A stretch of DNA of 32,000 nucleotides from Desulfurivibrio alkaliphilus AHT 2 (GTDB taxonomy: Bacteria; Desulfobacterota; Desulfobulbia; Desulfobulbales; Desulfurivibrionaceae), in the NCBI RefSeq assembly GCF_000092205.1, contig NC_014216.1:1337742-1369741 (forward strand), given 5' to 3'. The stretch's first letter is position 1. The number at the start of each line of letters is the position of its first letter. The notes under the pieces are model-generated. The model was not told the origin of the DNA and searched no databases. It saw only the letters and a list, made by a program, of their open reading frames with translations. The position numbers and the translations under genes were made by a program. Positions 1 to 8,411 of this stretch are shown here, piece by piece.

Positions 1-681
1 ATAAGCCGCATCGGGCAGACGCACCGGAGCTCCCAGAAAATCCACCGTTACCGAAGACCCTTTGACCAGCCGGTCACCCATGATGGTGACCACCTCTCCC
101 CGTTGCAGGGCCGCCGTTGCCTCGACCACCCCGCCCAACGGCCCGTCTGTACTGATGATATGAAAGGGACGACGCCCCGGGCGCAGGTCGAAAAAATGCT
201 TGGCCACCGCCTGCTGGTCGTAATGCATCAGGGCATGCACCGGCACCGGCAGCCTTTCCAGATGGGCCAGGGCGGTCTGCCAGTTACCCACATGGGCGGT
301 GAGCAACACCACCCCCTTGCCTTCCGCCACCAGCTTGAGCAACTGCTCGTAGCCTGCGGTTTCACCTGCAAAGGCCCGGTTGCGCCCCATGCCCAGCCAG
401 GCCCGATCCACCAGCACCCGGCCAAAGGAGTGGACATTTTTGAAGGTGGCCAGCCAGAGTCCCCACCGGCTAAGTTCCGGGAAACGGCGCTGCAGATAAG
501 GCCTGGTACGGCGGTGAATCTCCCGGCTGCCCAGCAGATAAACGGCGACCACGGGCACCAGCAGCAGATAGGCCCCGGCAAGGCCAAACAGGCGCAAGGT
601 GAGATAAAAACAGGAATGCCCCAGGGCCTCCAGCCGCTGCCAGCCGCCGCTGCCTGGTTGTTTTTTACCGACGCTTTGCAT
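1..681 (-). CDS. LpxL/HtrB-family (lipid A late-acyltransferase-like) acyltransferase; the C-terminal end lies outside the window
   Basis: Absent from the ORF track because it runs off the left edge. My own minus-strand translation from the ATG at 681-679 is open for all 227 codons: MQSVGKKQPGSGGWQRLEALGHSCFYLTLRLFGLAGAYLLLVPVVAVYLL...VVLLTAHVGNWQTALAHL...VVTIMGDRLVKGSSVTVDFLGAPVRLPDAAY. It shows an N-terminal TM segment, an H-x-G-N-W block and an (F/L)G-x-P-x-x-x-P tail as in LpxL-like acyltransferases. The + ORF 103..702 is its antisense shadow. Confidence 0.7.
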   Translation of the reverse strand, partial: MQSVGKKQPGSGGWQRLEALGHSCFYLTLRLFGLAGAYLLLVPVVAVYLLGSREIHRRTRPYLQRRFPELSRWGLWLATFKNVHSFGRVLVDRAWLGMGRNRAFAGETAGYEQLLKLVAEGKGVVLLTAHVGNWQTALAHLERLPVPVHALMHYDQQAVAKHFFDLRPGRRPFHIISTDGPLGGVVEATAALQRGEVVTIMGDRLVKGSSVTVDFLGAPVRLPDAAY

Positions 682-706
682 ATTCCCAGTCAACACCAAT
701 AGCGGC

Positions 707-1885
707 TCATTTGTCCTCGATTCGGCAGGGAAACATCCTGACCCGGGCCCAGTAAATCAATCCCGCGCCGATCAGCCCCAGCACCGGTCCCACCACCAGG
801 GAGCCCAGCAGCCAGTCCCACAGGCGCAGATGAATCTCCAACAGCCACTTCTCCCAGGAAAGATCCAGCAGCAGTGTCCCCTCGCGCATGAAGTAACCGG
901 CCTGGATACAGAGCACCGGCACCACCGGCGGCATGCAGAACTGACTGGCCGCCACCGCGGCCAGTTTGTTGAGATGCAGGCGATGGGTAACATAGATAAT
1001 CGCCACGGTATGGCAGGCGATCAGGGGCAGGGCTCCCATGAACAGACCGATCCAGACCGCGGTGGCCAGCCAGAGTGGGGAGGTGTGCTCGGAGCAGATT
1101 TTTTTCAGGGTCTGCCAGGGCCGCCGCACCGCCATTTTGGCGGCATTGAGCGGGGGCTGGTCGTCCGGCCGCCGATGAGACAGGGGCAACAAACGCCGCA
1201 ACAGCAGGCGGGTATGAAGCACGGTCAACCGCAGGTTGTCTTTAAACTGGCCGAAATGACTAATTCGCTCACCGCTGGGGGGGTAATGCACCGAAATATC
1301 GACGGAAGCAAGCTCCACCCCGGCCCATGAGGCTCGCACCAGCACCTCGACTTCAAAGTCGTAGCGGCTGCTCTTGGGCTTTAAGGCCAACAACTCCCGT
1401 ACCGGATACAGGCGCATGCCGCTCTGGGTGTCCGGTAGCTCCCGGCCGGTCTCAAGCCTGACCCAGAAGTTGGAGAAGGCCCGGCCGAACAGGCTGGCCC
1501 TGGGCACCGTTTCCTGCACCATGCGCCGCGCCCCGATGACGATGGCCGGCCGGTCGATGGCCGCCGCCCCGGCCGCCAGCAACTCGGCCTCGGCGGGATC
1601 ATGCTGGCCGTCGGCATCAACGGTGATGATTTGCGTAAAACCCAGCTCCCCGGCCTTTTGCGCCCCGGCCATGATGGCCGCCCCCTTGCCCCGGTTAACC
1701 GGCAGGCGCAGCTTGTGGCAATCAAGATCGGTAATCTGCTGCCAGCCGTCATCGGTACTGCCGTCGTCAACCACCAGCACCGGCCAGCCCGCCGCCAAGG
1801 CCCGCTGAACCACCTCCCGCAGGGTGGCGCCATGGTTGTATACCGGCACTACGATAATGGTTTGTCGCTCATCTTCAACTCGCAT
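707..1885 (-). CDS. Family 2 glycosyltransferase fused to a C-terminal polytopic membrane domain (DUF2062-like)
   Basis: The N-terminus IIVVPVYNHGATLREVV...LVVDDGSTDDG...ITVDADGQHDP gives GT2 DxD/DADGQH motifs. The C-terminal ~130 aa are hydrophobic (WLATAVWIGLFMGALPLIACHTVAIIYV...). ATG at 1885; 11-nt overlap with the upstream gene. Confidence 0.8.
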   Translation of the reverse strand: MRVEDERQTIIVVPVYNHGATLREVVQRALAAGWPVLVVDDGSTDDGWQQITDLDCHKLRLPVNRGKGAAIMAGAQKAGELGFTQIITVDADGQHDPAEAELLAAGAAAIDRPAIVIGARRMVQETVPRASLFGRAFSNFWVRLETGRELPDTQSGMRLYPVRELLALKPKSSRYDFEVEVLVRASWAGVELASVDISVHYPPSGERISHFGQFKDNLRLTVLHTRLLLRRLLPLSHRRPDDQPPLNAAKMAVRRPWQTLKKICSEHTSPLWLATAVWIGLFMGALPLIACHTVAIIYVTHRLHLNKLAAVAASQFCMPPVVPVLCIQAGYFMREGTLLLDLSWEKWLLEIHLRLWDWLLGSLVVGPVLGLIGAGLIYWARVRMFPCRIEDK

Positions 1886-3221
1886 TTCTTTGCCGGGGCT
1901 GACGCAGCAGGAAATCCCAGAGCGGCCCGGTATGCCCCATCTCGTGCAGAATTGTCAGTTTACCGATAATTGATGAAACCGGAAAAATTCGATCCTCCCG
2001 CGGGGCAAAAGCGGCAGCCAGCTCCCGGTAGAGTTCCGCCTCCTGCAACTTGGGCGAAAAATAAAAGGTCGGGGTCATCAGGGACTGGTCGGCGTCAATT
2101 ACTCCATCCGCCACCGCCCGGGCGGCCAAGGCCGTACCCGGCAGGATCCGAATGCCGGAAAAGGCAAAAACGATACATTGTTCCAGCCGCAACAAGTTAT
2201 CCAACCCTTCGGCCAGGGTTTTACGGTCTTCATCCGGGCCGCCGAACATGACAAAATGCGCGCAGGGAATCTTTTCTTCCGCGGCCAGCCGGTTGGCGTG
2301 CAACACCTGGGTAAAGTCGAACCCTTTCTCCAGCCCGGCCAGGGTCCGGTCGCAAGCGGCATCGGTACCGATCTCCATGGCCGATAGCCCCGCCCTTTTC
2401 AGCAGCCGCAGATCTTCCCGCTCCAGGTTCTGGGGCCGAAAAAAAGCGCACCAGGGAGTTTGGTTGCCGTTTTTGATCAGCGCCTCCGCCAGGAGCCGGA
2501 AGTGCCCCGCCCCATCGTTGAACACCGAGTCGGTAAAAAAAATGTACCTGACCCGGTGCTCGGCCGCCAGCCAGGCCACCTCGGCCGCCGTCTCTTCCGG
2601 ATCCCGGTAGCGCAGGGAACGCCCTTCGATATTAGGATAGGAGCAATAGGCGCAGCGATAGGGACAGCCGCGCTTGGTCTGCACCCCCATCATCCCGCCA
2701 TGGGCCAGATAATACTTGAGGGGACCGGCGCCGAAAGAGGGGCGGGTCCAGAACTCCAGCGGCTGCTCGTTGCGCAACAGTTTTGCCTGCGGCGGGCGGC
2801 CGGCGGTCAACTCATCGGCCAACCAGGGCAACAGCACTTCACCCTCGCCGACCACCCCGTAATCGGCTTGCAAAAATTCCAGCAGTTGCCGGGGCATCAA
2901 GGAAAAGGCCGGGCCGCCCAGCACCACCGGGGCCGCCGAGTTTTCCCGAATCAAACGCACCACCGAGGCCACTTCGGGGATAAAATCGTTTTTGTCACAA
3001 CTGTCGACGGTATCCAGGTTGCGGATGGAAAGGCCGATCAGGTCATAACGGCTGCGGCGCAGCAGTTGCCGCAAGCCGGCAATGCCGCCGTCGGCCAGCA
3101 GGTCAAAATGATCGGCAGCATGCCCCGCCTGCTTCAAAGCCCCGCAAAGATAGGCCACCCCCAAGGGGTAGACGGGATAAGGCACCACCGCCTGATTAAC
3201 CGATACCAGCAGGCAGTTCAT
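1875..3221 (-). CDS. B12-binding-domain radical SAM protein (class B; lipid-biosynthesis type)
   Basis: The N-terminal Rossmann-like B12 domain reads LLVSVNQAVVPYPVYPLGVAYLCGALKQAGH. The rSAM cluster motif is GCPYRCAYCSY (CX3CX2C). The track start at 3227 is TTG; I prefer the ATG at 3221, 2 nt after the upstream TGA. Confidence 0.85.
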   Translation of the reverse strand: MNCLLVSVNQAVVPYPVYPLGVAYLCGALKQAGHAADHFDLLADGGIAGLRQLLRRSRYDLIGLSIRNLDTVDSCDKNDFIPEVASVVRLIRENSAAPVVLGGPAFSLMPRQLLEFLQADYGVVGEGEVLLPWLADELTAGRPPQAKLLRNEQPLEFWTRPSFGAGPLKYYLAHGGMMGVQTKRGCPYRCAYCSYPNIEGRSLRYRDPEETAAEVAWLAAEHRVRYIFFTDSVFNDGAGHFRLLAEALIKNGNQTPWCAFFRPQNLEREDLRLLKRAGLSAMEIGTDAACDRTLAGLEKGFDFTQVLHANRLAAEEKIPCAHFVMFGGPDEDRKTLAEGLDNLLRLEQCIVFAFSGIRILPGTALAARAVADGVIDADQSLMTPTFYFSPKLQEAELYRELAAAFAPREDRIFPVSSIIGKLTILHEMGHTGPLWDFLLRQPRQRNAS

Positions 3222-3223
3222 GG

Positions 3224-4495
3224 TCAACGGTCAAGCCCCGCTTGCCAGCGACGTTCGGCTGCTTGCCGGTGGGGAATATAGGTGCCGTCCTGCATCTCCT
3301 TTTTCACCACTTCGCTGAACAGCCTTGCCATGCGCAACGGCTGCGGCACCTCCCGATAAAAAGTGCGCCAGGCATAAGCATACATTTCCTGCAGTTCATC
3401 GGGGGTCATCTGCTTGGGCTGAAAACAGACCTCGGCGGTGGTGTAGCGCCGCCAGTCGCGGTGCAGGATACGCCCTTCCTGCTCGAATTTGGCGGTCACC
3501 GGGGTATGGGGAAAGGGGGTGAGGATGGAAAACTCCGCCATATCGACATCGATTTCCAACAAAAAATCCACCAGCCGCTTGATATAGTCGGCATCCTGAT
3601 TGTCCGGCCCCAGCAGTACCGCCGCCTCAACCCCGATGCCGTGGTCTTTCAGCCGCCGGACCCGGTTGCGGATCACTTCGGAAGTATCGAAAACCGCCTG
3701 GTAGACATACCAGCAGCCGGCTTCCGCCGCCGCAGTCAGCACCTCATCGTCATCGAGGATGGGGTGCGAGATCCATTTCTTCTTGAGCGGCTTCATGGCC
3801 GCAAAAAGCTCCAGCACCCACTCCTTGTCCTGGGCCAGCGAGTTGTCCACCATGAACAGGCGGTTGTTGTCGATCCCGGCCAGTTCCTCCACCACCCGAT
3901 CCAGGGGCCGCGGCCTGAACTGGCGGCCGCCCAGATAAGCAGTGGCACAGGGGAAGCAGTTGAAGCGGCAGCCCCGGGAAGCGTGGACCAGGTCCACCAT
4001 TTTCACCCCCCGGTAAACATAACGGGAGCGATTAAGAATATCCCGCCGGGCCGGGCCGACACTCTCAATGGGCGGGAAATCATGAAAGTAGTTGTATTGC
4101 GCCTGCAGTCGCCCCTGCCGGCAATCGGCCAGCACCCCGGCCAGGCGCCCATCTTCCACCTCGCCCAGAAAGACACTGTCCACATGCTCGGCAATCTCTT
4201 CGGCATGCAGCATGGTGGCAATCCCGCCGCTGACCACCGGCACCCCCCGCCGCCGGTATTCGGCGGCGATTTCCTTGCCCCGGGGCAGCTGGCAGGTCAG
4301 CATCATCGACAGCAGCACCACGTCGGGGGTCCAGTCATAATCCAGTGAATCGACGTTTTCATCGGTAAAACGCACTTCATACTGCTCGGGAATCGCGGCG
4401 GCCACGCAAACCGGACCGTGGGGCGGCAGATGAAATTCGGTCTGTTCCGGAATTTTGTTCCATTTGGGGTACACCAGGGCAATACGCATACTCAT
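3224..4495 (-). CDS. B12-binding-domain radical SAM protein (class B)
   Basis: The N-terminal B12-like domain contains IALVYPKW...VVLLSMMLTCQLPRGKEIAAEYRRRGVPVVSGGI. The CX3CX2C motif is SRGCRFNCFPC. ATGA start/stop overlap with the upstream gene at 4492-4495. Confidence 0.85.
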   Translation of the reverse strand: MSMRIALVYPKWNKIPEQTEFHLPPHGPVCVAAAIPEQYEVRFTDENVDSLDYDWTPDVVLLSMMLTCQLPRGKEIAAEYRRRGVPVVSGGIATMLHAEEIAEHVDSVFLGEVEDGRLAGVLADCRQGRLQAQYNYFHDFPPIESVGPARRDILNRSRYVYRGVKMVDLVHASRGCRFNCFPCATAYLGGRQFRPRPLDRVVEELAGIDNNRLFMVDNSLAQDKEWVLELFAAMKPLKKKWISHPILDDDEVLTAAAEAGCWYVYQAVFDTSEVIRNRVRRLKDHGIGVEAAVLLGPDNQDADYIKRLVDFLLEIDVDMAEFSILTPFPHTPVTAKFEQEGRILHRDWRRYTTAEVCFQPKQMTPDELQEMYAYAWRTFYREVPQPLRMARLFSEVVKKEMQDGTYIPHRQAAERRWQAGLDR

Positions 4496-5076
4496 CCACT
4501 CACAACGGTAAGGGTTAGGGAAATGGCGGCGGGTTCATCCGCCCCTGCCGAAGACGCCACCGCCCCTTGAGGGCGCGGCGGCAGAGCATCATAGGTGCCG
4601 GCCAGCATCAGGTCCAACTCGGGCCGACAGACCAGCCACCGCTCGGCCTCGGCAATGGCGGCGGCCATCGCCGGCGCCCGGCCGGGGAAGATCGCATATA
4701 CCGGCCCCACCAGACCGTAATGGCTGGCAGCCTCCGACAAGGCGATATTGGGCAGGGTATAACCAAAGAGCGCCGGGCTGGCCAAATGGAAGCCGCCCTC
4801 CAGAGTGGCGGCAAAGTCCAGGTCGGTGCTCAGGCAACCGGTAAAGGTGGCCCCGACCAGGCCCACCTTGAGCCCCCGGTCCGACAGGCGACGCCCGCCG
4901 GCCAGCAGCCCGGCCGCAGCCAGCACCCGGCCGGTTTCCACCACCAGCACCCGGCTTAAGGGCGGCATCCGCCCCCAGCGCCCGGGGATTTCCCCCAGCA
5001 GGGCCAGCACCTCCTCCGGGGGGGTGACGGCCAGGGCATAACGGTAATCAGGCTTGGTAACGGAATTGCCGGGCAT
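4492..5076 (-). CDS. Ketosynthase N-terminal-like domain protein lacking an obvious catalytic Cys (possible chain-length-factor/KS partner)
   Basis: 194 aa with weak KS N-terminal-half resemblance (LASPALFGYTLPNIALSEAASHYGLVGPVYAI resembles the region around the KS active site but has no ACxS Cys). Position in the operon and codon usage are consistent with coding. Confidence 0.5.
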   Translation of the reverse strand: MPGNSVTKPDYRYALAVTPPEEVLALLGEIPGRWGRMPPLSRVLVVETGRVLAAAGLLAGGRRLSDRGLKVGLVGATFTGCLSTDLDFAATLEGGFHLASPALFGYTLPNIALSEAASHYGLVGPVYAIFPGRAPAMAAAIAEAERWLVCRPELDLMLAGTYDALPPRPQGAVASSAGADEPAAISLTLTVVSG

Positions 5077-5090
5077 GGGTCATCGCAAAA

Positions 5091-5693
5091 TTAAAAGGTG
5101 AAGCCCACCAGCAACTTGCTGGAGTTCAGGGGCTCGTTGGGTTTCCGGCGCCCACCGTTGGAGATGTGGTGGAAGCGGTATTCCATTTTCAGGTAACGGC
5201 TACCCTCCAGGGGGCGGCGCAAACCGATCCCGAACTGATAGTTGCCGTTGAGCCTGGTCCCCATCCCCTCAATATCCGTGGCCACGTAAAGCGGACCGCC
5301 GCCGGCAAAAAAGTAGGGTTGCACCGTTTCCAGCCACCCGGTCATGGTCCAGCCGGCCAAAAAATTTATGCCCACCATGGGCGCCAGGTCGTAATTGGTG
5401 AGCAGATGCACCGGCAATTCCAGCAACAACGAGTGCCGGAGGCGGTACCAGGAAGTCCCGATCTCCGGCCGCACCACCCTTTCGTAGCGCGTCACCAGGT
5501 CCAGGCTCTCCACCCGGGTGACGGTTTCTCCCCAACCGGGATGGCTGGTCCCGTAACCGAACAGCCACGACCAGGGACCGGCCGGCTCTGCCTTCAGTTC
5601 ATCGGCCGCCGCTGGCGACGGTCCTCCCAGAAGCAAAATGGCGAGCAAAATAGCGGCCAGCATCGCTCCCCGGCCCGCCCACCACCGGGGCAT
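5091..5693 (-). CDS. PagL-family outer-membrane lipid A 3-O-deacylase-like protein (acyloxyacyl hydrolase)
   Basis: Signal peptide MPRWWAGRGAMLAAILLAILLLGGPSPAAA. The C-terminus YRFHHISNGGRRKPNEPLNSSKLLVGFTF matches the PagL H-x-S-N-x-G...P-N...S catalytic block and ends in Phe like a beta-barrel OMP. The track ORF extends to 5975, but that extension reads through a MITE and into the next gene; ATG at 5693. Confidence 0.75.
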   Translation of the reverse strand: MPRWWAGRGAMLAAILLAILLLGGPSPAAADELKAEPAGPWSWLFGYGTSHPGWGETVTRVESLDLVTRYERVVRPEIGTSWYRLRHSLLLELPVHLLTNYDLAPMVGINFLAGWTMTGWLETVQPYFFAGGGPLYVATDIEGMGTRLNGNYQFGIGLRRPLEGSRYLKMEYRFHHISNGGRRKPNEPLNSSKLLVGFTF

Positions 5694-5713
5694 CACTTGG
5701 CGGCTTCTTTGCT

Positions 5714-5864
5714 GTAACCGTTCACCAGGGGTGCTAACCTGCCGGTTTAACGGGCTGTAATCGTTCAGCAGTGCCGCAGGTTCGGGCAAGCAGCCAGGCG
5801 CAGCGTACCCCCTGTACGTAAGCCTGGCTGATCGCCCGAAGATGCGGTGCTGCTGTACGATTAC
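5714..5864 (-). mobile_element. MITE copy 1 (151 bp foldback element, GTAA termini)
   Basis: Starts GTAACCGTTCACCAGG and ends GCTGTACGATTAC. Flanked by the 8-bp repeats TCTTTGCT (5706-5713) and CCTTTGCT (5865-5872). Homologous over its full length to six other copies. Confidence 0.85.
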
Positions 5865-6904
5865 CCTTTGCTCTCCAGCCAGCACAGGGGATCCTCGGCC
5901 AGGTAATCGCCGGTCACCTGATAAGCATGACCCCGGCAGCCGTAACAGGTGGTGTTGTGGTCGCAACCGGAGCATTTGCCTTTGATGGTGTGGCGAATAT
6001 CGCGTAACTCTCGAATCACCCGGCTGCCGGCCAGAATCTCGGCCAACGGCTGCTGGCGGATATTACCCACCCCCACATTGACCCCGGGGCAAGGATTGAC
6101 GTCGCCCAAGGAGGTAACGGTGCAGGAATATTCATGCCGCGAACACTGGGAAGCGGCCAGCGGCGGCCGGGGCGACCAGTTGAAGCCGAATTCTTCCCGG
6201 TCGATGCCGGCCAGTTGCTCAAACAGGCTCCTGATCTCGGGGCCGGAGACCTCCAGCTCGGGGTGCTCTACCGCCCGGCCTTGCAGAGTCATCATCTCCA
6301 CGTAGGGAATAATGCCCCGGCACCGCGCCCAGCGCCAGATATCGGGCAGCTCGGCATAGTTATGGCGACAGACGATGGTCTGCACCCCCAGCAGCAGATC
6401 GTCGGCGGGATAACCGACTTCCTGCAGGGCCGCCAACCCCTGTTCAATGGCGGCGAAGGTTCCCGGTCGACCGGCCAGCAGATCCTGCACCTCGGGCTGC
6501 AGGCTGTTTCTCTTTACCACCACCGCCACTTGGCGCTCTTGCAGGCGGCGAGCAATTTCCGGGGTAATCAGGGTACCGTTGGTGAAGATATCCGCCTGCA
6601 GGCCCTTGCCGCGGATATAGTCGATCACCGTAAAGATCTCCGGGTAGAGCAGCGGCTCCCCTCCGCCCAGGACGATGATCTTGCGGGCTCCCAGCTCCGC
6701 CGCCTGGTCGATGACCTGCTTTATTTCCGCCAGAGACAACTCATCGGCCAGCGGCAACCCGGAACCGGCATAGCAATATATGCAGCGGATATTACAGGCC
6801 AGCGACAGCTCCAGCTCCAGGGAAAGCAAACCGTTTCTCGCCCTGGTATCGGCAATCTCCTGAGGGGTGAACTCCTGCCCCCAGTACTCACTTAAACATG
6901 ACAT
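5861..6904 (-). CDS. Radical SAM protein with C-terminal SPASM domain
   Basis: The rSAM cluster motif is LSLACNIRCIYCYAG (CX3CX2C). The Cys-rich C-terminus CSRHEYSCTVTSLGDVNPCPG...KCSGCDHNTTCYGCRGHAY is SPASM/twitch-like. The TAA stop (5863-5861) lies inside the MITE terminus. Confidence 0.85.
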   Translation of the reverse strand: MSCLSEYWGQEFTPQEIADTRARNGLLSLELELSLACNIRCIYCYAGSGLPLADELSLAEIKQVIDQAAELGARKIIVLGGGEPLLYPEIFTVIDYIRGKGLQADIFTNGTLITPEIARRLQERQVAVVVKRNSLQPEVQDLLAGRPGTFAAIEQGLAALQEVGYPADDLLLGVQTIVCRHNYAELPDIWRWARCRGIIPYVEMMTLQGRAVEHPELEVSGPEIRSLFEQLAGIDREEFGFNWSPRPPLAASQCSRHEYSCTVTSLGDVNPCPGVNVGVGNIRQQPLAEILAGSRVIRELRDIRHTIKGKCSGCDHNTTCYGCRGHAYQVTGDYLAEDPLCWLESKG

Positions 6905-6927
6905 TATCTAGCATCCTCGCGCAATTC

Positions 6928-7078
6928 ATAACCGTTCACCAGAGGCACCAGCCTACCGGTTTAACGGGCCGTAATCGTTCAGCAGTGCCGCAGGTTCGGG
7001 TAAGCAGCCAGGTGCAGCGTACCCACTGTACGTAAGCCTGGCTGATCGCCCGAAGATGCGGTGCTGCTGAACGATTAC
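6928..7078 (-). mobile_element. MITE copy 2 (151 bp)
   Basis: Starts ATAACCGTTCACCAG (terminal G>A) and ends GCTGAACGATTAC. Flanking 8-mers are CGCAATTC (6920-6927) and CGCAAATC (7079-7086). Confidence 0.85.
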
Positions 7079-8403
7079 CGCAAATCGAAAAATCTCTTCA
7101 CCTTACGGCTCCCTCCTCCTTCAATGACCGACCTTACTTCCGCCGGCGGCCTGACAACAACTTCCGGTATCACCCGTAAACGGGCTTGTAACATATCCCT
7201 GATCTTTTCCAAATTGATTTCTGCCCCCCCGACCACCACCCTGATTTCATCGGAAAGATCAAAAGAAGCCCTTACTTCCAGGTAAAAATCCCGTACCCCC
7301 GGCACCTCCTCCAGGAGCTGAAAAATGGTTTCGGGATACAAGGTGGTGCCCTTGTATTTCAAGCGCTGGGCCAGGCGCCCTTCAATGGGTCCCAGCCGCG
7401 GGGTCTGCCAGCCGCAGGCACAGGGTTCATAGTGCAGGCGGGCGACATCGCCGGTTCGGAAACGAACCAGGGGAAAGCCCTCCACCCCCAGGGGGGTCAC
7501 CACCACTTCCCCGGGAGAACCGGGGGCGACCGGCTGACCATGTTCGCCGATAATTTCCACCACCATCAGTTCCGGATGCACATGCCCGCCGCAGCCGGCG
7601 CTGCACTCACCGAAAGCGGTGGCCATCTCGGTGGCACCGTAGGAGGCATGCAGCCGCGCCCTCCAGGCCTCCTGCAGCAGTTCCCCCAGGGGAGTAAGGG
7701 TCATATCGGGCCGGCGCACCGGCTCACCGATGGTCACCAGCGAGGTGACTCCGCACCTGGCCGGGCTTATCCCGTTTTTTTTACCCCAGCGCGCCAGCTT
7801 AAGCAGAAAGGAAGGGACTCCCACCAGCACCATGGGCCTCAGATTGTCGATCAGTTCCCAATGCTGCTGCGGCTTGCCCGGGCCACCTCGAATGGCGGTG
7901 GCCCCCAGCCGCACCAGACCCGAGTAGTAAGCCAGGCCGGCGATGAAACAGCGGTCCAGGGTTACAAAGAGCAACGCCCGGTGGCCGGGCCGCACCCCGG
8001 CGCTGTAAAAGGCCATCATCTCGTTGTAGGCCAGCCGCTCCAGATCGTGGGCGGTGTAGGGGATGGTCACCGGCCGACCGGTGGTCCCCGAGGTTAGGGC
8101 CAGATCCACCGGCGGCACATCGCTGGCCGGCAGAAAAGCCGCCGGTTGCCGGTCGATATCCGCCCGCGCGGTCAAGGGCAGGGCCTGCAGATCGGCCAGA
8201 GTGGCGAGTTCCCCGGGGGAAAAGCCGGCCGCGGCAAACAGCTCCCGGTAGTACGGCGCCTGTTGCGCCAAGGCCAAGTGGTGACGCAGAAGCGGCAGCT
8301 GCACCTCCTGGCGCTCGGCGGACGGAGCCTGGCGCAGCCGCAGCCCCTGTTCCAGGGTTAAGCTTTTGGTTACCGCTTGCATCCGGATATCACCTTGCCA
8401 CAT
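7075..8403 (-). CDS. PaaK-like adenylate-forming enzyme (phenylacetate-CoA ligase / F390 synthetase family)
   Basis: LALTSGTTGRPVTIPYT gives the (S/T)GTTG P-loop, followed by YGATEMA and GDVAR...GRL blocks. An alternative start is the ATG at 8382, preceded by AAGGTGA. The TAA stop (7077-7075) is supplied by the MITE terminus. Confidence 0.8.
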   Translation of the reverse strand: MWQGDIRMQAVTKSLTLEQGLRLRQAPSAERQEVQLPLLRHHLALAQQAPYYRELFAAAGFSPGELATLADLQALPLTARADIDRQPAAFLPASDVPPVDLALTSGTTGRPVTIPYTAHDLERLAYNEMMAFYSAGVRPGHRALLFVTLDRCFIAGLAYYSGLVRLGATAIRGGPGKPQQHWELIDNLRPMVLVGVPSFLLKLARWGKKNGISPARCGVTSLVTIGEPVRRPDMTLTPLGELLQEAWRARLHASYGATEMATAFGECSAGCGGHVHPELMVVEIIGEHGQPVAPGSPGEVVVTPLGVEGFPLVRFRTGDVARLHYEPCACGWQTPRLGPIEGRLAQRLKYKGTTLYPETIFQLLEEVPGVRDFYLEVRASFDLSDEIRVVVGGAEINLEKIRDMLQARLRVIPEVVVRPPAEVRSVIEGGGSRKVKRFFDLR

Positions 8404-8411
8404 AACAAATT

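Noticed and set aside
103-702. Long + strand ORF (199 aa), together with similar long ORFs antisense to real genes: 3242-4348, 6134-6895, 10784-12187, 12323-13459, 15517-16365, 18790-19842, 25875-27362, 30301-31515.
   Set aside because: Their products are Arg/Gly/Pro/His/Gln-rich low-complexity sequences without motifs. Each lies opposite an ORF with clear family signatures. Long antisense ORFs of this kind are expected in GC-rich DNA.
5694-5975. N-terminal extensions and stand-alone ORFs whose translation contains ...[30 protein letters not shown]...-like peptides (5091-5975 N-terminus, 13441-14901 N-terminus, 14542-15084, 17757-17975, 21763-22002).
   Set aside because: These are read-throughs of the MITE copies. 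The repeated 'peptide' is simply the repeat translated, and better starts with a signal peptide or SD lie downstream.
5861-6904. The SPASM radical SAM gene plus a papain-like protein plus an ABC exporter read as a RiPP (peptide) cluster.
   Set aside because: I found no plausible small precursor ORF next to the SPASM gene, since both flanks are MITEs abutting other genes. The surrounding KS/ACP/acyltransferase context favours a lipid substrate. The idea is not fully excluded.
5714-7078. Two same-orientation MITEs flanking the SPASM gene as a composite transposon.
   Set aside because: Each copy has its own matching 8-bp duplication, and the outer flanks do not match each other. This indicates two independent insertions.
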